NCBI GenBank assembly: GCA_003213165.1
Contig: QCNO01000001.1
Location: forward strand, 133,403 to 197,402
DNA length: 64,000 bases
Source: OCS155 cluster bacterium AG-426-D23
GTDB lineage: Bacteria > Actinomycetota > Acidimicrobiia > Actinomarinales > Actinomarinaceae
Reading direction: 5' to 3'
The notes beneath the pieces were generated by a model that saw only the letters and a list, made by a program, of their open reading frames with translations, was not told where the DNA came from and did not search any database. The translations under genes and the position numbers were made by a program. Below are positions 54,898 through 63,923 of the stretch, piece after piece (positions within the stretch are counted from its first letter, which is position 1; every line of letters starts with the position of its first letter).

Positions 54898-55270
54898 CGA
54901 CTTAGCTGATTTAGCTAGAAATATTGCAGAAAAAGCATATGCACCATATTCAAATTTTAGAGTTGGTGCAGCACTGATTACCGATTCTGGAAATATATAT
55001 ACTGGTTGCAATATTGAAAATGCATCATATCCAGCAACAGTTTGTGCGGAAGATGTTGCAGTTGTTAAAGCTATATCAGAAGGTGAAAAGAGTATTGAAA
55101 CAATTGCGGTTGCATGTATTGATGCCGAATCAGACACTGCAATATTTCCATGTGGAATTTCACGTCAGAGATTAGCTGAATTTGACACAAAGAACGTAAT
55201 TGTTGTTGATAAAGATGGTTATAAAGAATATACCTTTGACGAAATACTTCCTTATAATTTTAAATTTTAA
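54887..55270 (+). CDS. cdd: cytidine/deoxycytidylate deaminase-family protein (tetrameric Cdd-like) lacking one zinc-ligand Cys
   Basis: GCNIENASY and CAEDVAV (Cys plus catalytic Glu) are present. The usual PCGxCRQ reads PCGISRQ here, with a TCA Ser codon where the second Cys is expected. That DNA reading was made for this motif alone. Confidence 0.6.
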   Translation: MKNSDLADLARNIAEKAYAPYSNFRVGAALITDSGNIYTGCNIENASYPATVCAEDVAVVKAISEGEKSIETIAVACIDAESDTAIFPCGISRQRLAEFDTKNVIVVDKDGYKEYTFDEILPYNFKF

Positions 55271-56184
55271 AGGTTTTGATTAATTTTAGGAATAACACTT
55301 AAAGTATCACCAACAATACCTAAATCAGCTAATTGAAATATTGGTGCCTCTTCATCTTTGTTAATTGCAATTATGAATTTTGAATCTTTCATCCCCACCT
55401 GGTGTTGCGTAGCTCCAGATATTCCACAGGCAATGTAAACATCCGGTTTCACTGTTTTACCTGTTTGACCTACTTGCTGTGAATATGGCATCCATCCTGC
55501 ATCTACTATTGCTCTAGTTCCTCCAATAGCTGCGTTTAATTTTGATGCTAATTCTTCAACAATAACTAAATTTTCTTTATCTACCATTCCTCTTCCAGCT
55601 GAAATCACCACTTTTGAATCTTCCAATTGCGGTCCAGTTTTTTCCTCTTTATAAATGTCAAAAATAGCAACATCAGAATTTTCTACATCAATAGTTTCAA
55701 AATTATCATTTAATTCAACATCAGCGGGTTCAAAAGATTTTGGTCTTACTAATAAAAGCGAATGATTAGATGCAATCTTTGATTTATATAAACTTTCACC
55801 GCCATTTATGGAATTGATTGTTGAAACAGCATCTCCATTAATTTCAAAATCGATAACATTTGATACAGGACTTGAATTTAAGTCTACAGAGATAAAAGAA
55901 ATCAGATCTCTACAAAGATATGTGGATGACCCTAAGATCAGATTTATACCTTCATCATTAACAATTTTTGTAATCAAATCTGTTACGTTACCAAATTGTA
56001 AAGATTCACTACTCCTTTTGATATAAGTTTGCTTAAAAGATTCGGAACCAATTTTTGGAGCATCACTACTTCCTATTGTTATAACTTGAAAATCAAGATT
56101 TTCGTCTTGTGCTTTTTTAATTATTTCTAATGTCCCACTACTTAGTGTTTCATTTAAAATTTCACCCAATATTAAAGTTTTCAT
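55267..56184 (-). CDS. etfA: electron transfer flavoprotein alpha subunit
   Basis: The C-terminal FAD-binding domain is IACGISGATQHQVGM. It is 4 nt coupled to the upstream etfB. Confidence 0.85.
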   Translation of the reverse strand: MKTLILGEILNETLSSGTLEIIKKAQDENLDFQVITIGSSDAPKIGSESFKQTYIKRSSESLQFGNVTDLITKIVNDEGINLILGSSTYLCRDLISFISVDLNSSPVSNVIDFEINGDAVSTINSINGGESLYKSKIASNHSLLLVRPKSFEPADVELNDNFETIDVENSDVAIFDIYKEEKTGPQLEDSKVVISAGRGMVDKENLVIVEELASKLNAAIGGTRAIVDAGWMPYSQQVGQTGKTVKPDVYIACGISGATQHQVGMKDSKFIIAINKDEEAPIFQLADLGIVGDTLSVIPKINQNL

Positions 56185-56930
56185 ATAACTTTTAACTCCT
56201 TAAGTTTGTCCACAATAATTTGGAAGGCTTCACCTTCATCAGTAATTTTTTCACCATTTTTTGAATTTTCAAGTGCTTCAATGCTCATAAATTCTAAGTT
56301 CTGTTCGGTCGTGATGTTTAGTGTGCTTAACTCGACTTTTTCTATTGGTTTAGACTTTGCAGCCATAATATCTTTAAAATTTGGATATCTAGGTTCTACA
56401 CCTCCAGCAGTTACTGATATAACACAATTTTGTGGCATTTTTACTTTTTCGGATCCCTCTGATGTTTGCCTAGTAAGTGATACATCGTCACCAATTTCTA
56501 TGGCTTTAACATAAGATATACAATTTAAGTTCAAAAATCTTGAAACTTGCTGCGGAACCGTTCCTGAATAACCATCAGTAGATTCGGTACCAAAAATAAC
56601 AATATCTGCGTTGGTTGTTTTTGCGAGTTCACTTAAAACATTAGCTGTCATTAAAGAATTAGCACCTTTTAAAGAGTCATCATCTACATATAAAGCTTTG
56701 TCTGCACCCATCTGTAATGCTTGTTGCAAGCCTTTCATAGTTCCTGCGGGACCCATAGAAATAATCGTAACTTCAGCATCAAACTTTTCTTTTAACTGAA
56801 GTGCTACCTCAATACCATACCTGTCAGTATCATCTAAAACTTGTTCTTCAGGCCTGACGATAATCCCGTTATCATATGATGTCTCGTTTGCTGGATCCGG
56901 AATCTGTTTAGCGCATACAGTGATATTCAT
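56181..56930 (-). CDS. etfB: electron transfer flavoprotein beta subunit
   Basis: MNITVCAKQIPD and the adenine-nucleotide alpha-hydrolase-like fold. 249 aa. Confidence 0.85.
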   Translation of the reverse strand: MNITVCAKQIPDPANETSYDNGIIVRPEEQVLDDTDRYGIEVALQLKEKFDAEVTIISMGPAGTMKGLQQALQMGADKALYVDDDSLKGANSLMTANVLSELAKTTNADIVIFGTESTDGYSGTVPQQVSRFLNLNCISYVKAIEIGDDVSLTRQTSEGSEKVKMPQNCVISVTAGGVEPRYPNFKDIMAAKSKPIEKVELSTLNITTEQNLEFMSIEALENSKNGEKITDEGEAFQIIVDKLKELKVI

Positions 56931-56950
56931 AGATTTTATATTAATTAGAA

Positions 56951-57778
56951 TTAATTATTACTGATATTTATTTCAGACAAAAATTCTTGCATAAAGTTCT
57001 GAAGTTTTACTTTAGATTCTTCAGCAATTTCAATTACTTCATTGTGATCTAAAGGATTCTCGCTTATTCCAGCTGCTAAATTTGTAACTAATGAAAAAGC
57101 TACAGTTTTTATACCTGCATGCTTGGCTACAATTGCTTCAGGAACAGTTGACATTCCAACTAAATCAGCTCCAATATTCTTAGCAAAATTTACCTCCGCA
57201 GGTGTTTCATAAGAAGGACCAGTAAACCAAGCATATACACCTGTTTTAAACTCAAAATGATTTTCAGCTACTTTTTCTGCTAGCGTCAACAATTCAGAAT
57301 TGTAAACGTTAGACATATCTGGAAATCTTGGTCCAAATTCTTCTAAGTTTTTACCAATTAATGGATTATCACCAGTTAAATTAATATGGTCAGTAATCGC
57401 AACAATATCACCAGGAGTATATTTTGAAGAAATTCCTCCAGCGGCATTTGTAAGAATTAGAGTTTTTGCTCCAAGCGATATAAATGTTCTTATTGGTATC
57501 ACTAATTCCTGAATAGGATAACCTTCATAAAAATGTGCACGACCAGAAAGAATTGCAGTTATTTTTCCCTCAATATCTACAATACTTAATTTCCCAGAGT
57601 GACCATCGATAGAAGGTTGTAAAAAATTTGGTATTTCAGAATAATTTAACTGATATAAGTGTTTGTAGTTTTCTTCAAAACCACTCATTCCAGATCCTAA
57701 TACAATCACAGATTCTATAGTTTTTCCTTCAATGATTTCTGAGATGAAGGCTTTAGACTGTGTTATTTTTTCAATCAT
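56951..57778 (-). CDS. punA: purine nucleoside phosphorylase (PNP/MTAP family 1, PunA-type)
   Basis: Blocks GSGMSG, LILTNAAGG and VGMSTVPEAIVAKHAGI are characteristic of trimeric PNP. Confidence 0.8.
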   Translation of the reverse strand: MIEKITQSKAFISEIIEGKTIESVIVLGSGMSGFEENYKHLYQLNYSEIPNFLQPSIDGHSGKLSIVDIEGKITAILSGRAHFYEGYPIQELVIPIRTFISLGAKTLILTNAAGGISSKYTPGDIVAITDHINLTGDNPLIGKNLEEFGPRFPDMSNVYNSELLTLAEKVAENHFEFKTGVYAWFTGPSYETPAEVNFAKNIGADLVGMSTVPEAIVAKHAGIKTVAFSLVTNLAAGISENPLDHNEVIEIAEESKVKLQNFMQEFLSEINISNN

Positions 57779-57797
57779 TTGATATTAGGTTAATAAG

Positions 57798-58949
57798 TTA
57801 AATTTGATTTAAAAAGCTTTTGCCTGGAAATATATTACTTAATTCAAAAAAATCACATATCGTTGAAGCTACATTATAAAAACCATCAAGATCACCAATA
57901 TATTCACTTTTACCATTTTTTTTATAAGCAACCATCGGAACATATTCTCTTGAATGGTCTGTTTTACCGTCTGTTGGATCTGTACCATGATCACCTGTAA
58001 ATATTATTAGATCGTTTTCACTCATTACATCTAAAATTCCTTGAATTTTTCTATCTATTAGTTTTAATCCCTCGTAATACCCTTTTGGGTCTTCTCTATG
58101 ACCGTACAGCATATCTAAATCAACTAAATTAACAAATACAAAATCATGACTACCATTTTTTGCTTCATCATGAAGGTATTCAAGTCCATTTGAGTCACCC
58201 TCAGTATGTACAGCAGTCGTTAAATACATTTCTCCAAATAAATCACTGATTTTACCAATTCCATAAGTAGAAAGATTATTTTTAAATAAATAACTAAGAA
58301 TTGTTTCGCCTGGGGGATTCATGCCAAAATCTTTTCTATCATAAGTTCTGAAAAAATTGCCATATGTTCCAACAAATGGTCTAGCTATTACTCTTCCGAT
58401 ATTGTATTCATCACAATATTTTCTTGAAATCTCGCATATTTTGTAAAGTTTCTCAACAGAACAAATTTTTTCATGAGCAGCAATTTGAAAAACTGAATCA
58501 CCAGAAGTATACAATATTAATTTTCCTGATGATAGATGTTCTTTTCCAAGTTCATTTAATATTTCAGTACCAGATGCATGTTTATTACCTATAAATTCAA
58601 TATTTGCTTCTTTTTGAATTGAGTGAATTAAATCCTGAGGAAATCCCTTGGGATAAGTTGAAAAATCTTTTTTGGTGATCAAACCTGCAAGCTCCCAATG
58701 TCCAGTAGTAGAATCATTTCCGATCGACTTTTCCGATAATCTTCCGACTGTTGCAATATGGTTAGAATTCATATTTTTAACTTTTGTAATTTTTCCAAAA
58801 CCTAGCTTTTCCATAGTTGGTAAATTGACACCACCAACAGCATTTGCAACATTTGAGAGAGTATTTGCTCCTAAATCACCATATTTATCCGCATCAGGAG
58901 CTTCACCAACACCTAATGAATCAATAACTACAAGAAAACATCTTTTCAT
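57798..58949 (-). CDS. deoB: phosphopentomutase
   Basis: The N-terminus is VIDSLGVGEAPDA, metal-binding DHGTDPT and GDHG motifs are present, and the length is 383 aa. Confidence 0.85.
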   Translation of the reverse strand: MKRCFLVVIDSLGVGEAPDADKYGDLGANTLSNVANAVGGVNLPTMEKLGFGKITKVKNMNSNHIATVGRLSEKSIGNDSTTGHWELAGLITKKDFSTYPKGFPQDLIHSIQKEANIEFIGNKHASGTEILNELGKEHLSSGKLILYTSGDSVFQIAAHEKICSVEKLYKICEISRKYCDEYNIGRVIARPFVGTYGNFFRTYDRKDFGMNPPGETILSYLFKNNLSTYGIGKISDLFGEMYLTTAVHTEGDSNGLEYLHDEAKNGSHDFVFVNLVDLDMLYGHREDPKGYYEGLKLIDRKIQGILDVMSENDLIIFTGDHGTDPTDGKTDHSREYVPMVAYKKNGKSEYIGDLDGFYNVASTICDFFELSNIFPGKSFLNQI

Positions 58950-59569
58950 TAAGTTGTACCAAAAAGCCTATCTCCCATATCTCCAAGGCCTGGAACTATA
59001 TACCAACTTTCGTTTAATTTTTCGTCAATATTACCTGTTATTAATGTAACATCTGGATGCTCTTTTTCTAATCGTTGAATACCTTCAGGGGCAGAAATAA
59101 CAGTTAGAGCAATAATATCTTTTGGTTTTTGTTCCTTCACTTTATTAATAGCAAAAGATAGAGAACCACCAGTGGCAAGCATGGGTTCTAATATAAAAAC
59201 GTTTTTGTTATTTAAATCAGGTAAATTTTCATAATAATATTCAGGTTCTGCAGTTTCTTCATTTCTTTGAACACCAATATAACCAAATGAAACATTTGGT
59301 AAAAGCTCTTTAACACCATCAATTAAACCAAGTCCTGCTCTCAGAACTGAAATTGCAACACTGTCGTTTTCTACTTCATAACCCTTAGTATCTACTAATG
59401 GCGTAGTTATATTTTTTTCTTTCAAAGAAATATTTTTAGTACCCTCAATAAAAAGTAAATATGAAAGCTTGGTTGCATATGATCTAAATTCTTCACTGTT
59501 TGTATTTTCATTTCTAAGTATTGTTAAATAGTGGGATTTAAGTGGGTGAGATAATTCAATTACTTGCAT
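58949..59569 (-). CDS. upp: uracil phosphoribosyltransferase
   Basis: The PRPP-binding block is ILEPMLATGGS. 206 aa. Confidence 0.85.
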   Translation of the reverse strand: MQVIELSHPLKSHYLTILRNENTNSEEFRSYATKLSYLLFIEGTKNISLKEKNITTPLVDTKGYEVENDSVAISVLRAGLGLIDGVKELLPNVSFGYIGVQRNEETAEPEYYYENLPDLNNKNVFILEPMLATGGSLSFAINKVKEQKPKDIIALTVISAPEGIQRLEKEHPDVTLITGNIDEKLNESWYIVPGLGDMGDRLFGTT

Positions 59570-59696
59570 TAAAAATCAGGTTAGCAAAACATTAAATCTT
59601 TTCTAGTTATTTTTATTAAGAAGTTAATCTAATAAAAGTACATTTTATGATTTACTTAATGTAATATAATGTATTGCTATTTAAAAAAGGAAATTA

Positions 59697-60089
59697 ATGC
59701 CTGTAAAAATAAGACTTGCTCAAAGAGGTAAGAAAAAGAATAGAACATACAGAGTAGTTGTTGCTGATTCTCGCTCACCAAGAGATGGAAAGTTTATTGA
59801 AGACTTGGGTTACTATGATCCACATCATAACCCTTCAAAAGTTGATATAAATGTCGACAAAGCTGTGTCATGGTTAGACAAGGGAGCTCAGCCATCAGAG
59901 CGTGCACAAAAATTGTTAGAAATTTCTGGGGCATGGGCTCAGTGGCGATCATCAAAGGGAGAGGTTGTTTCTATTCCTACTCCGCCTGCAGAAAAAGTTA
60001 AAAGTAGTTCAAAGGCAAATAAAAAGAAAGAAGAAGCTACTCAAGAAGAAACTTCTGAAGAATCTTCAGAAGAAACAGAAGAGGAATAA
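59697..60089 (+). CDS. rpsP: 30S ribosomal protein S16 with acidic C-terminal tail
   Basis: MPVKIRLAQRGKKKNRTYRVVVADSRSPRDGKFIE is canonical S16. AAGGA lies upstream. The C-terminal roughly 45 aa are Lys/Glu-rich and low complexity. Confidence 0.9.
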   Translation: MPVKIRLAQRGKKKNRTYRVVVADSRSPRDGKFIEDLGYYDPHHNPSKVDINVDKAVSWLDKGAQPSERAQKLLEISGAWAQWRSSKGEVVSIPTPPAEKVKSSSKANKKKEEATQEETSEESSEETEEE

Positions 60090-60092
60090 TTT

Positions 60093-60344
60093 ATGGCCGC
60101 AGGTTCAATTGTAAAAAATGTAGTTGAATATATTGTTACTCAAATTGTTGAAGACACGAAGTCTGTAAAAGTTGATATTGCAGATTCAGATGATGAAAAT
60201 GTAACAATTGAAGTTAGAACTTCTCCAGATGATATGGGGAGAGTTATTGGTAAAAGAGGAAGAGTTGCCAGAGCGATTCGTACAGTAGCTCAAGCAGCAG
60301 CAGATGAAGAAGGTCTTCAATCTAGCGTAGAATTTATTGACTAA
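60093..60344 (+). CDS. KH-domain RNA-binding protein (YlqC-like)
   Basis: 83 aa. The GRVIGKRGRVARAIR GxxG KH motif. It sits at the conserved position between rpsP and rimM. Confidence 0.8.
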   Translation: MAAGSIVKNVVEYIVTQIVEDTKSVKVDIADSDDENVTIEVRTSPDDMGRVIGKRGRVARAIRTVAQAAADEEGLQSSVEFID

Positions 60345-60819
60345 AAATACTTTATATCAAGTTGCTAAATTAGGTAAACCTCACTCCCTAAGTGGATTTC
60401 AATATATAAATATAGACAATTTTTTTAGAAGATTTGACTTAAGCAATATATCAATGCAAGTTGGTAATGAAGAACTAGTAGTTGAGAATTTTAAAACCCA
60501 CTTAAAAGATAGAAATCTAATTAAATTTAAAGATTTTGACACAATAGAGTCAATTGAGAGATTTAGGGATAAGGTTGTCTTTATTTCAGATAAATATAAA
60601 AATGATTTTTTGAATGATTGTAAGTTACCTTGGCCTGGATTTTTCATAAATAAAAACTTAGGCAAATCAGATTTAGTTTTACAAGGATTTAATTTTTCTC
60701 AAAACTTTACTTTTTGCGAAGTTTCTAATTTAACTGATTTTCCTATTCCTTATAACGATAAGTTTTTTTCCTATCAGAATGATGAACTTGTTTTAATTAA
60801 TGACAACCTAACTATTTAA
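60337..60819 (+). CDS. rimM: 16S rRNA processing protein RimM
   Basis: The N-terminus VAKLGKPHSLSGFQYINI resembles the RimM vGri.kphGlkGe.kv motif, and a C-terminal PRC barrel follows. Position after the KH gene. The start is uncertain. Confidence 0.6.
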   Translation: MTKNTLYQVAKLGKPHSLSGFQYINIDNFFRRFDLSNISMQVGNEELVVENFKTHLKDRNLIKFKDFDTIESIERFRDKVVFISDKYKNDFLNDCKLPWPGFFINKNLGKSDLVLQGFNFSQNFTFCEVSNLTDFPIPYNDKFFSYQNDELVLINDNLTI

Positions 60820-61512
60820 CCAGTCAAAAATTAAATTACTGTATTTATCTTCTATCATATTCTCTGGATGCCATTGAATACCAATAGCATTCCATTCATT
60901 AGTAGTTTCTATTCCTTCTATAACACCATCATTTGATTTTGCAGTAATTTTTAAATCTTCACCTAATTTATCGATGCCTTGATGATGTATAGAATTTACC
61001 ATTATATTTTTTTCTTGAATTATTTCATATAGTTTTGAGTCTTCGTAAACTTCAATATCATGAATGTGAGATCGAGCATCTTCGAAAGGTTTATCGTGCT
61101 CGATGTCTTTAAAACCTGAATCACCCAGATCTTGATATAAAGTACCTTTTTTATAAACATTTAATAATTGATGTCCTCTACATATTGCAAGAGTTTTAAC
61201 ATTGTTTTTTTCTGCAGATTTCAGTAGATTCAATTCAGTAGAATCTCTATTGTCTGATATTCGAATTGTTTTAGAATCAATTTTTTGATTATACCTTTCT
61301 GGATTAATATCTCCACCTCCAGAAATTATCAAAGCATCAAATTTTGCAGCATCAATTTCCAGGTTATCATTTTGTGGACCAATAACTATCGCAGTATTCC
61401 CAAATTTGTTACATAAGTTTATAAAATCATTGTTTATTACAACAGATGGAATATTTCCAGGCGCCATTTGAACATCTTTTATTCCAGTTGAGATTCCAAT
61501 TAATTTACTCAT
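60808..61512 (-). CDS. class-I glutamine amidotransferase / peptidase C26 (gamma-glutamyl hydrolase-like)
   Basis: LAICRGHQLLNV (catalytic Cys) and IQWHPE (His). The start was chosen at MSKLIGIST to avoid a long overlap with the upstream gene. Confidence 0.7.
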   Translation of the reverse strand: MSKLIGISTGIKDVQMAPGNIPSVVINNDFINLCNKFGNTAIVIGPQNDNLEIDAAKFDALIISGGGDINPERYNQKIDSKTIRISDNRDSTELNLLKSAEKNNVKTLAICRGHQLLNVYKKGTLYQDLGDSGFKDIEHDKPFEDARSHIHDIEVYEDSKLYEIIQEKNIMVNSIHHQGIDKLGEDLKITAKSNDGVIEGIETTNEWNAIGIQWHPENMIEDKYSNLIFDWLNS

Positions 61513-61921
61513 ACACAAAAATACATTGAACTTCCACTGATGCATTCAGTGGTAAGCTGGCAACCCCAACAGCAGATCGTGTTGACTTTTTATCAAAATA
61601 CTCTGCAAGCTTATCTGTAAAACCATTCAATATTTTTGCATGATCTTGAAAACCATTATCAGCATTTACGAACCCTAATACATTTACTGGCTGTAGATTT
61701 TCAATTTCACCATTTGCTAAAAGTGTAGATATAGTTAATTCAGCACATAGTGAAGCAGCTTCATAACCATCTTCCATTGATACCTCAGAAGGTATCTTTC
61801 CTTGAAATTTTTTCTTATCAGTAAATGGAACGTGACCAGATGTATATATATAATTTCCAACTTTTTTATATGTTACATAATTTCCAATAGCCTTTGGTGC
61901 AACTGGTAATTCTTTATCCAT
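61505..61921 (-). CDS. RidA/YjgF family (reactive enamine/imine deaminase-like) protein
   Basis: 138 aa. APKAIGNY..SGHVP and the C-terminal VEVQCIF pattern of the YjgF/chorismate-mutase-like fold. Confidence 0.7.
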   Translation of the reverse strand: MDKELPVAPKAIGNYVTYKKVGNYIYTSGHVPFTDKKKFQGKIPSEVSMEDGYEAASLCAELTISTLLANGEIENLQPVNVLGFVNADNGFQDHAKILNGFTDKLAEYFDKKSTRSAVGVASLPLNASVEVQCIFVYE

Positions 61922-62918
61922 TGTTTAGTAAGTTTCCAATTAAATCTACAACTCTGTTTGAATATCCCCACTCATTGTCATACCAGCAAACTACTTTTAC
62001 ATGATTACCTTCTAGTAGCTGAGTTGAAGAAGCATCATATATACTTGAGTGCGGATTATTTAAAATATCTGTAGATACAAGAGGCACCTCAGAATACTCT
62101 AATATTCCGTTCAACTCATTGTCTGCAGCATTCTTAACTGCTTTGTTGATATCATCTATAGAGACTTTTTTTTCTAATTCAACGACGAGATCAACAACGC
62201 TCCCATCAGGAACAGGCACTCTCATTGCCATCCCATCTAGTTTTCCATTAAGTTCTGGAAGTACCATACCAACAGCTTTTGCTGCACCTGTTGATGTTGG
62301 GATAATATTCTGTGTTGCACTACGTCCTCTTCTAAAGTCACTATGGGTAGTTTCAGCTAATGCTTGGTCATTAGTATATGCATGTACTGTGGTCATTAAT
62401 CCGGATATAATTCCAAAATTATCATCTAAAACTTTTGCTATAGGTGCTAAACAGTTTGTAGTGCAAGATGCATTTGATACTATTTTATCCTCAGGCTTAA
62501 GATCACTATCATTTACCCCGAGGACAATTGTTGCATCTATATCATCTTTAGGAGGTACAGTTAGTAATACTTTTTTAGCTCCGGCATCAAGATGTTTATT
62601 TAATGATTCACTATCTCTGAATATTCCAGTAGATTCAACAACAACATCAACATTCATCTCTTTCCATGGAAGGTCCGCAGGGTCTTTAATTGAAGTCAAT
62701 TGAATTGACCTGTCATCTACAATTAATTTGTCCCCAGCAACGCTCACATTACTATCTAATATTCCCATTACTGAGTCATGTTTAAGCAAGTAAGCAAGAT
62801 TTTCGTAGTTTCCTAAATCATTTATTGCCACGACATTTATATCAGAATCATTTTCTACAATAATCCTGAGAATTGATCTTCCAATTCTTCCAAAACCATT
62901 TATAGCTACGTTACCCAT
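61914..62918 (-). CDS. gap: glyceraldehyde-3-phosphate dehydrogenase, type I
   Basis: NGFGRIGR, the active site SNASCTTNCLAP, TTVHAYT and WYDNEWGYS are all canonical. Confidence 0.9.
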   Translation of the reverse strand: MGNVAINGFGRIGRSILRIIVENDSDINVVAINDLGNYENLAYLLKHDSVMGILDSNVSVAGDKLIVDDRSIQLTSIKDPADLPWKEMNVDVVVESTGIFRDSESLNKHLDAGAKKVLLTVPPKDDIDATIVLGVNDSDLKPEDKIVSNASCTTNCLAPIAKVLDDNFGIISGLMTTVHAYTNDQALAETTHSDFRRGRSATQNIIPTSTGAAKAVGMVLPELNGKLDGMAMRVPVPDGSVVDLVVELEKKVSIDDINKAVKNAADNELNGILEYSEVPLVSTDILNNPHSSIYDASSTQLLEGNHVKVVCWYDNEWGYSNRVVDLIGNLLNNG

Positions 62919-63923
62919 TTAAAGCTCTTGTCCTAATCGTTTAATGGTGTCTATTATTCTTGAAGCGTAACCCCAACCGTTATCAAACCAAATTATTAAT
63001 TTTATTTTCTTATTATTAATACCCATTGTAGCAAGACCATCTATCAGGCCAGAAAGTGTGCTTCCGACTACATCAGATGAAACGATTGGGTCGTATGTAA
63101 TTCCGATTATGTTTTTTAACTCATTTTCTGAATAATTTTTAAGGAGATTGTTTATTTCTTCAATAGTCGTTTCTTTTGTAATATCTATTGTTAGGTCTAC
63201 TGTACTTCCATCAGGAATCGGAACTGTCATTGATGAGGATGCTATTTTATTTTTTAAAAAGGGAAGTACATTTACAATTACTTCGGATGATTTAGTAATA
63301 CTAGGTATTATATTTTCTCCAGCAGCCCTATTTAGTCTAAAACCTTCACCAGCTACATCAGCTAATCTGTTTGAGTTTGAATATCCATGTACAGTTGTTA
63401 AAAAAGCTCTTTCGACGCCTACATCTTTATTTAAAGCCTTTAGTATCGGTGCAACAGCATTTGCAGTATTCGATCCAAGTGAAAACACATCAGAATTAAA
63501 GTCAGTGTATTCATCGTTTGCACCAGGTACATAAATTTGAATATCTTTAAAGTTTTCTGGTGTAGAAGCAATTATTACTTTTTTACACCCTTTTGATAAA
63601 TGTATATCAACTTCTTCTTTTGTTTTTGGTTTACCAGTTGCAAGTATTACAACATCTGTTGCAATTGCTTCCCAATCTGCTTCATTTCCACCCTTCCAAG
63701 AGTTAAATATGATTTCTTTATTATCTACAACAATACCTTTTTCAGTCTCATGGATATCAGCATTTAATTTTCCGTATATTGAATCATATTTGAGCAAATA
63801 AATTAAGTTTTTTTTATCTGCGGTATCAGATATTGAGACTATGTTAATTTCTTTGTCTCCCAATGTTTGTCTAAATAGATCTCTACCTATTCTTCCAAAA
63901 CCAACAAGTGATACGTTTGTCAT
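62919..63923 (-). CDS. GAPDH-family paralog lacking the catalytic cysteine (Cys to Asn)
   Basis: It has the full-length GAPDH layout: GFGRIGR, TTVHGYS and WFDNGWGYASR. The active-site stretch reads SLGSNTANAVAP against SNASCTTNCLAP. The DNA at 63468-63470 is att (reverse complement aat), coding Asn. It abuts the canonical gap gene with no spacer. Confidence 0.75.
   Translation of the reverse strand: MTNVSLVGFGRIGRDLFRQTLGDKEINIVSISDTADKKNLIYLLKYDSIYGKLNADIHETEKGIVVDNKEIIFNSWKGGNEADWEAIATDVVILATGKPKTKEEVDIHLSKGCKKVIIASTPENFKDIQIYVPGANDEYTDFNSDVFSLGSNTANAVAPILKALNKDVGVERAFLTTVHGYSNSNRLADVAGEGFRLNRAAGENIIPSITKSSEVIVNVLPFLKNKIASSSMTVPIPDGSTVDLTIDITKETTIEEINNLLKNYSENELKNIIGITYDPIVSSDVVGSTLSGLIDGLATMGINNKKIKLIIWFDNGWGYASRIIDTIKRLGQEL

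Noticed and set aside
59570-59696. Putative promoter and leader upstream of rpsP (TATAAT at about 59665-59670)
   Set aside because: A -10-like hexamer exists, but in a genome this AT-rich such hexamers occur by chance everywhere and no convincing -35 at correct spacing was found. It is not reported as a feature.
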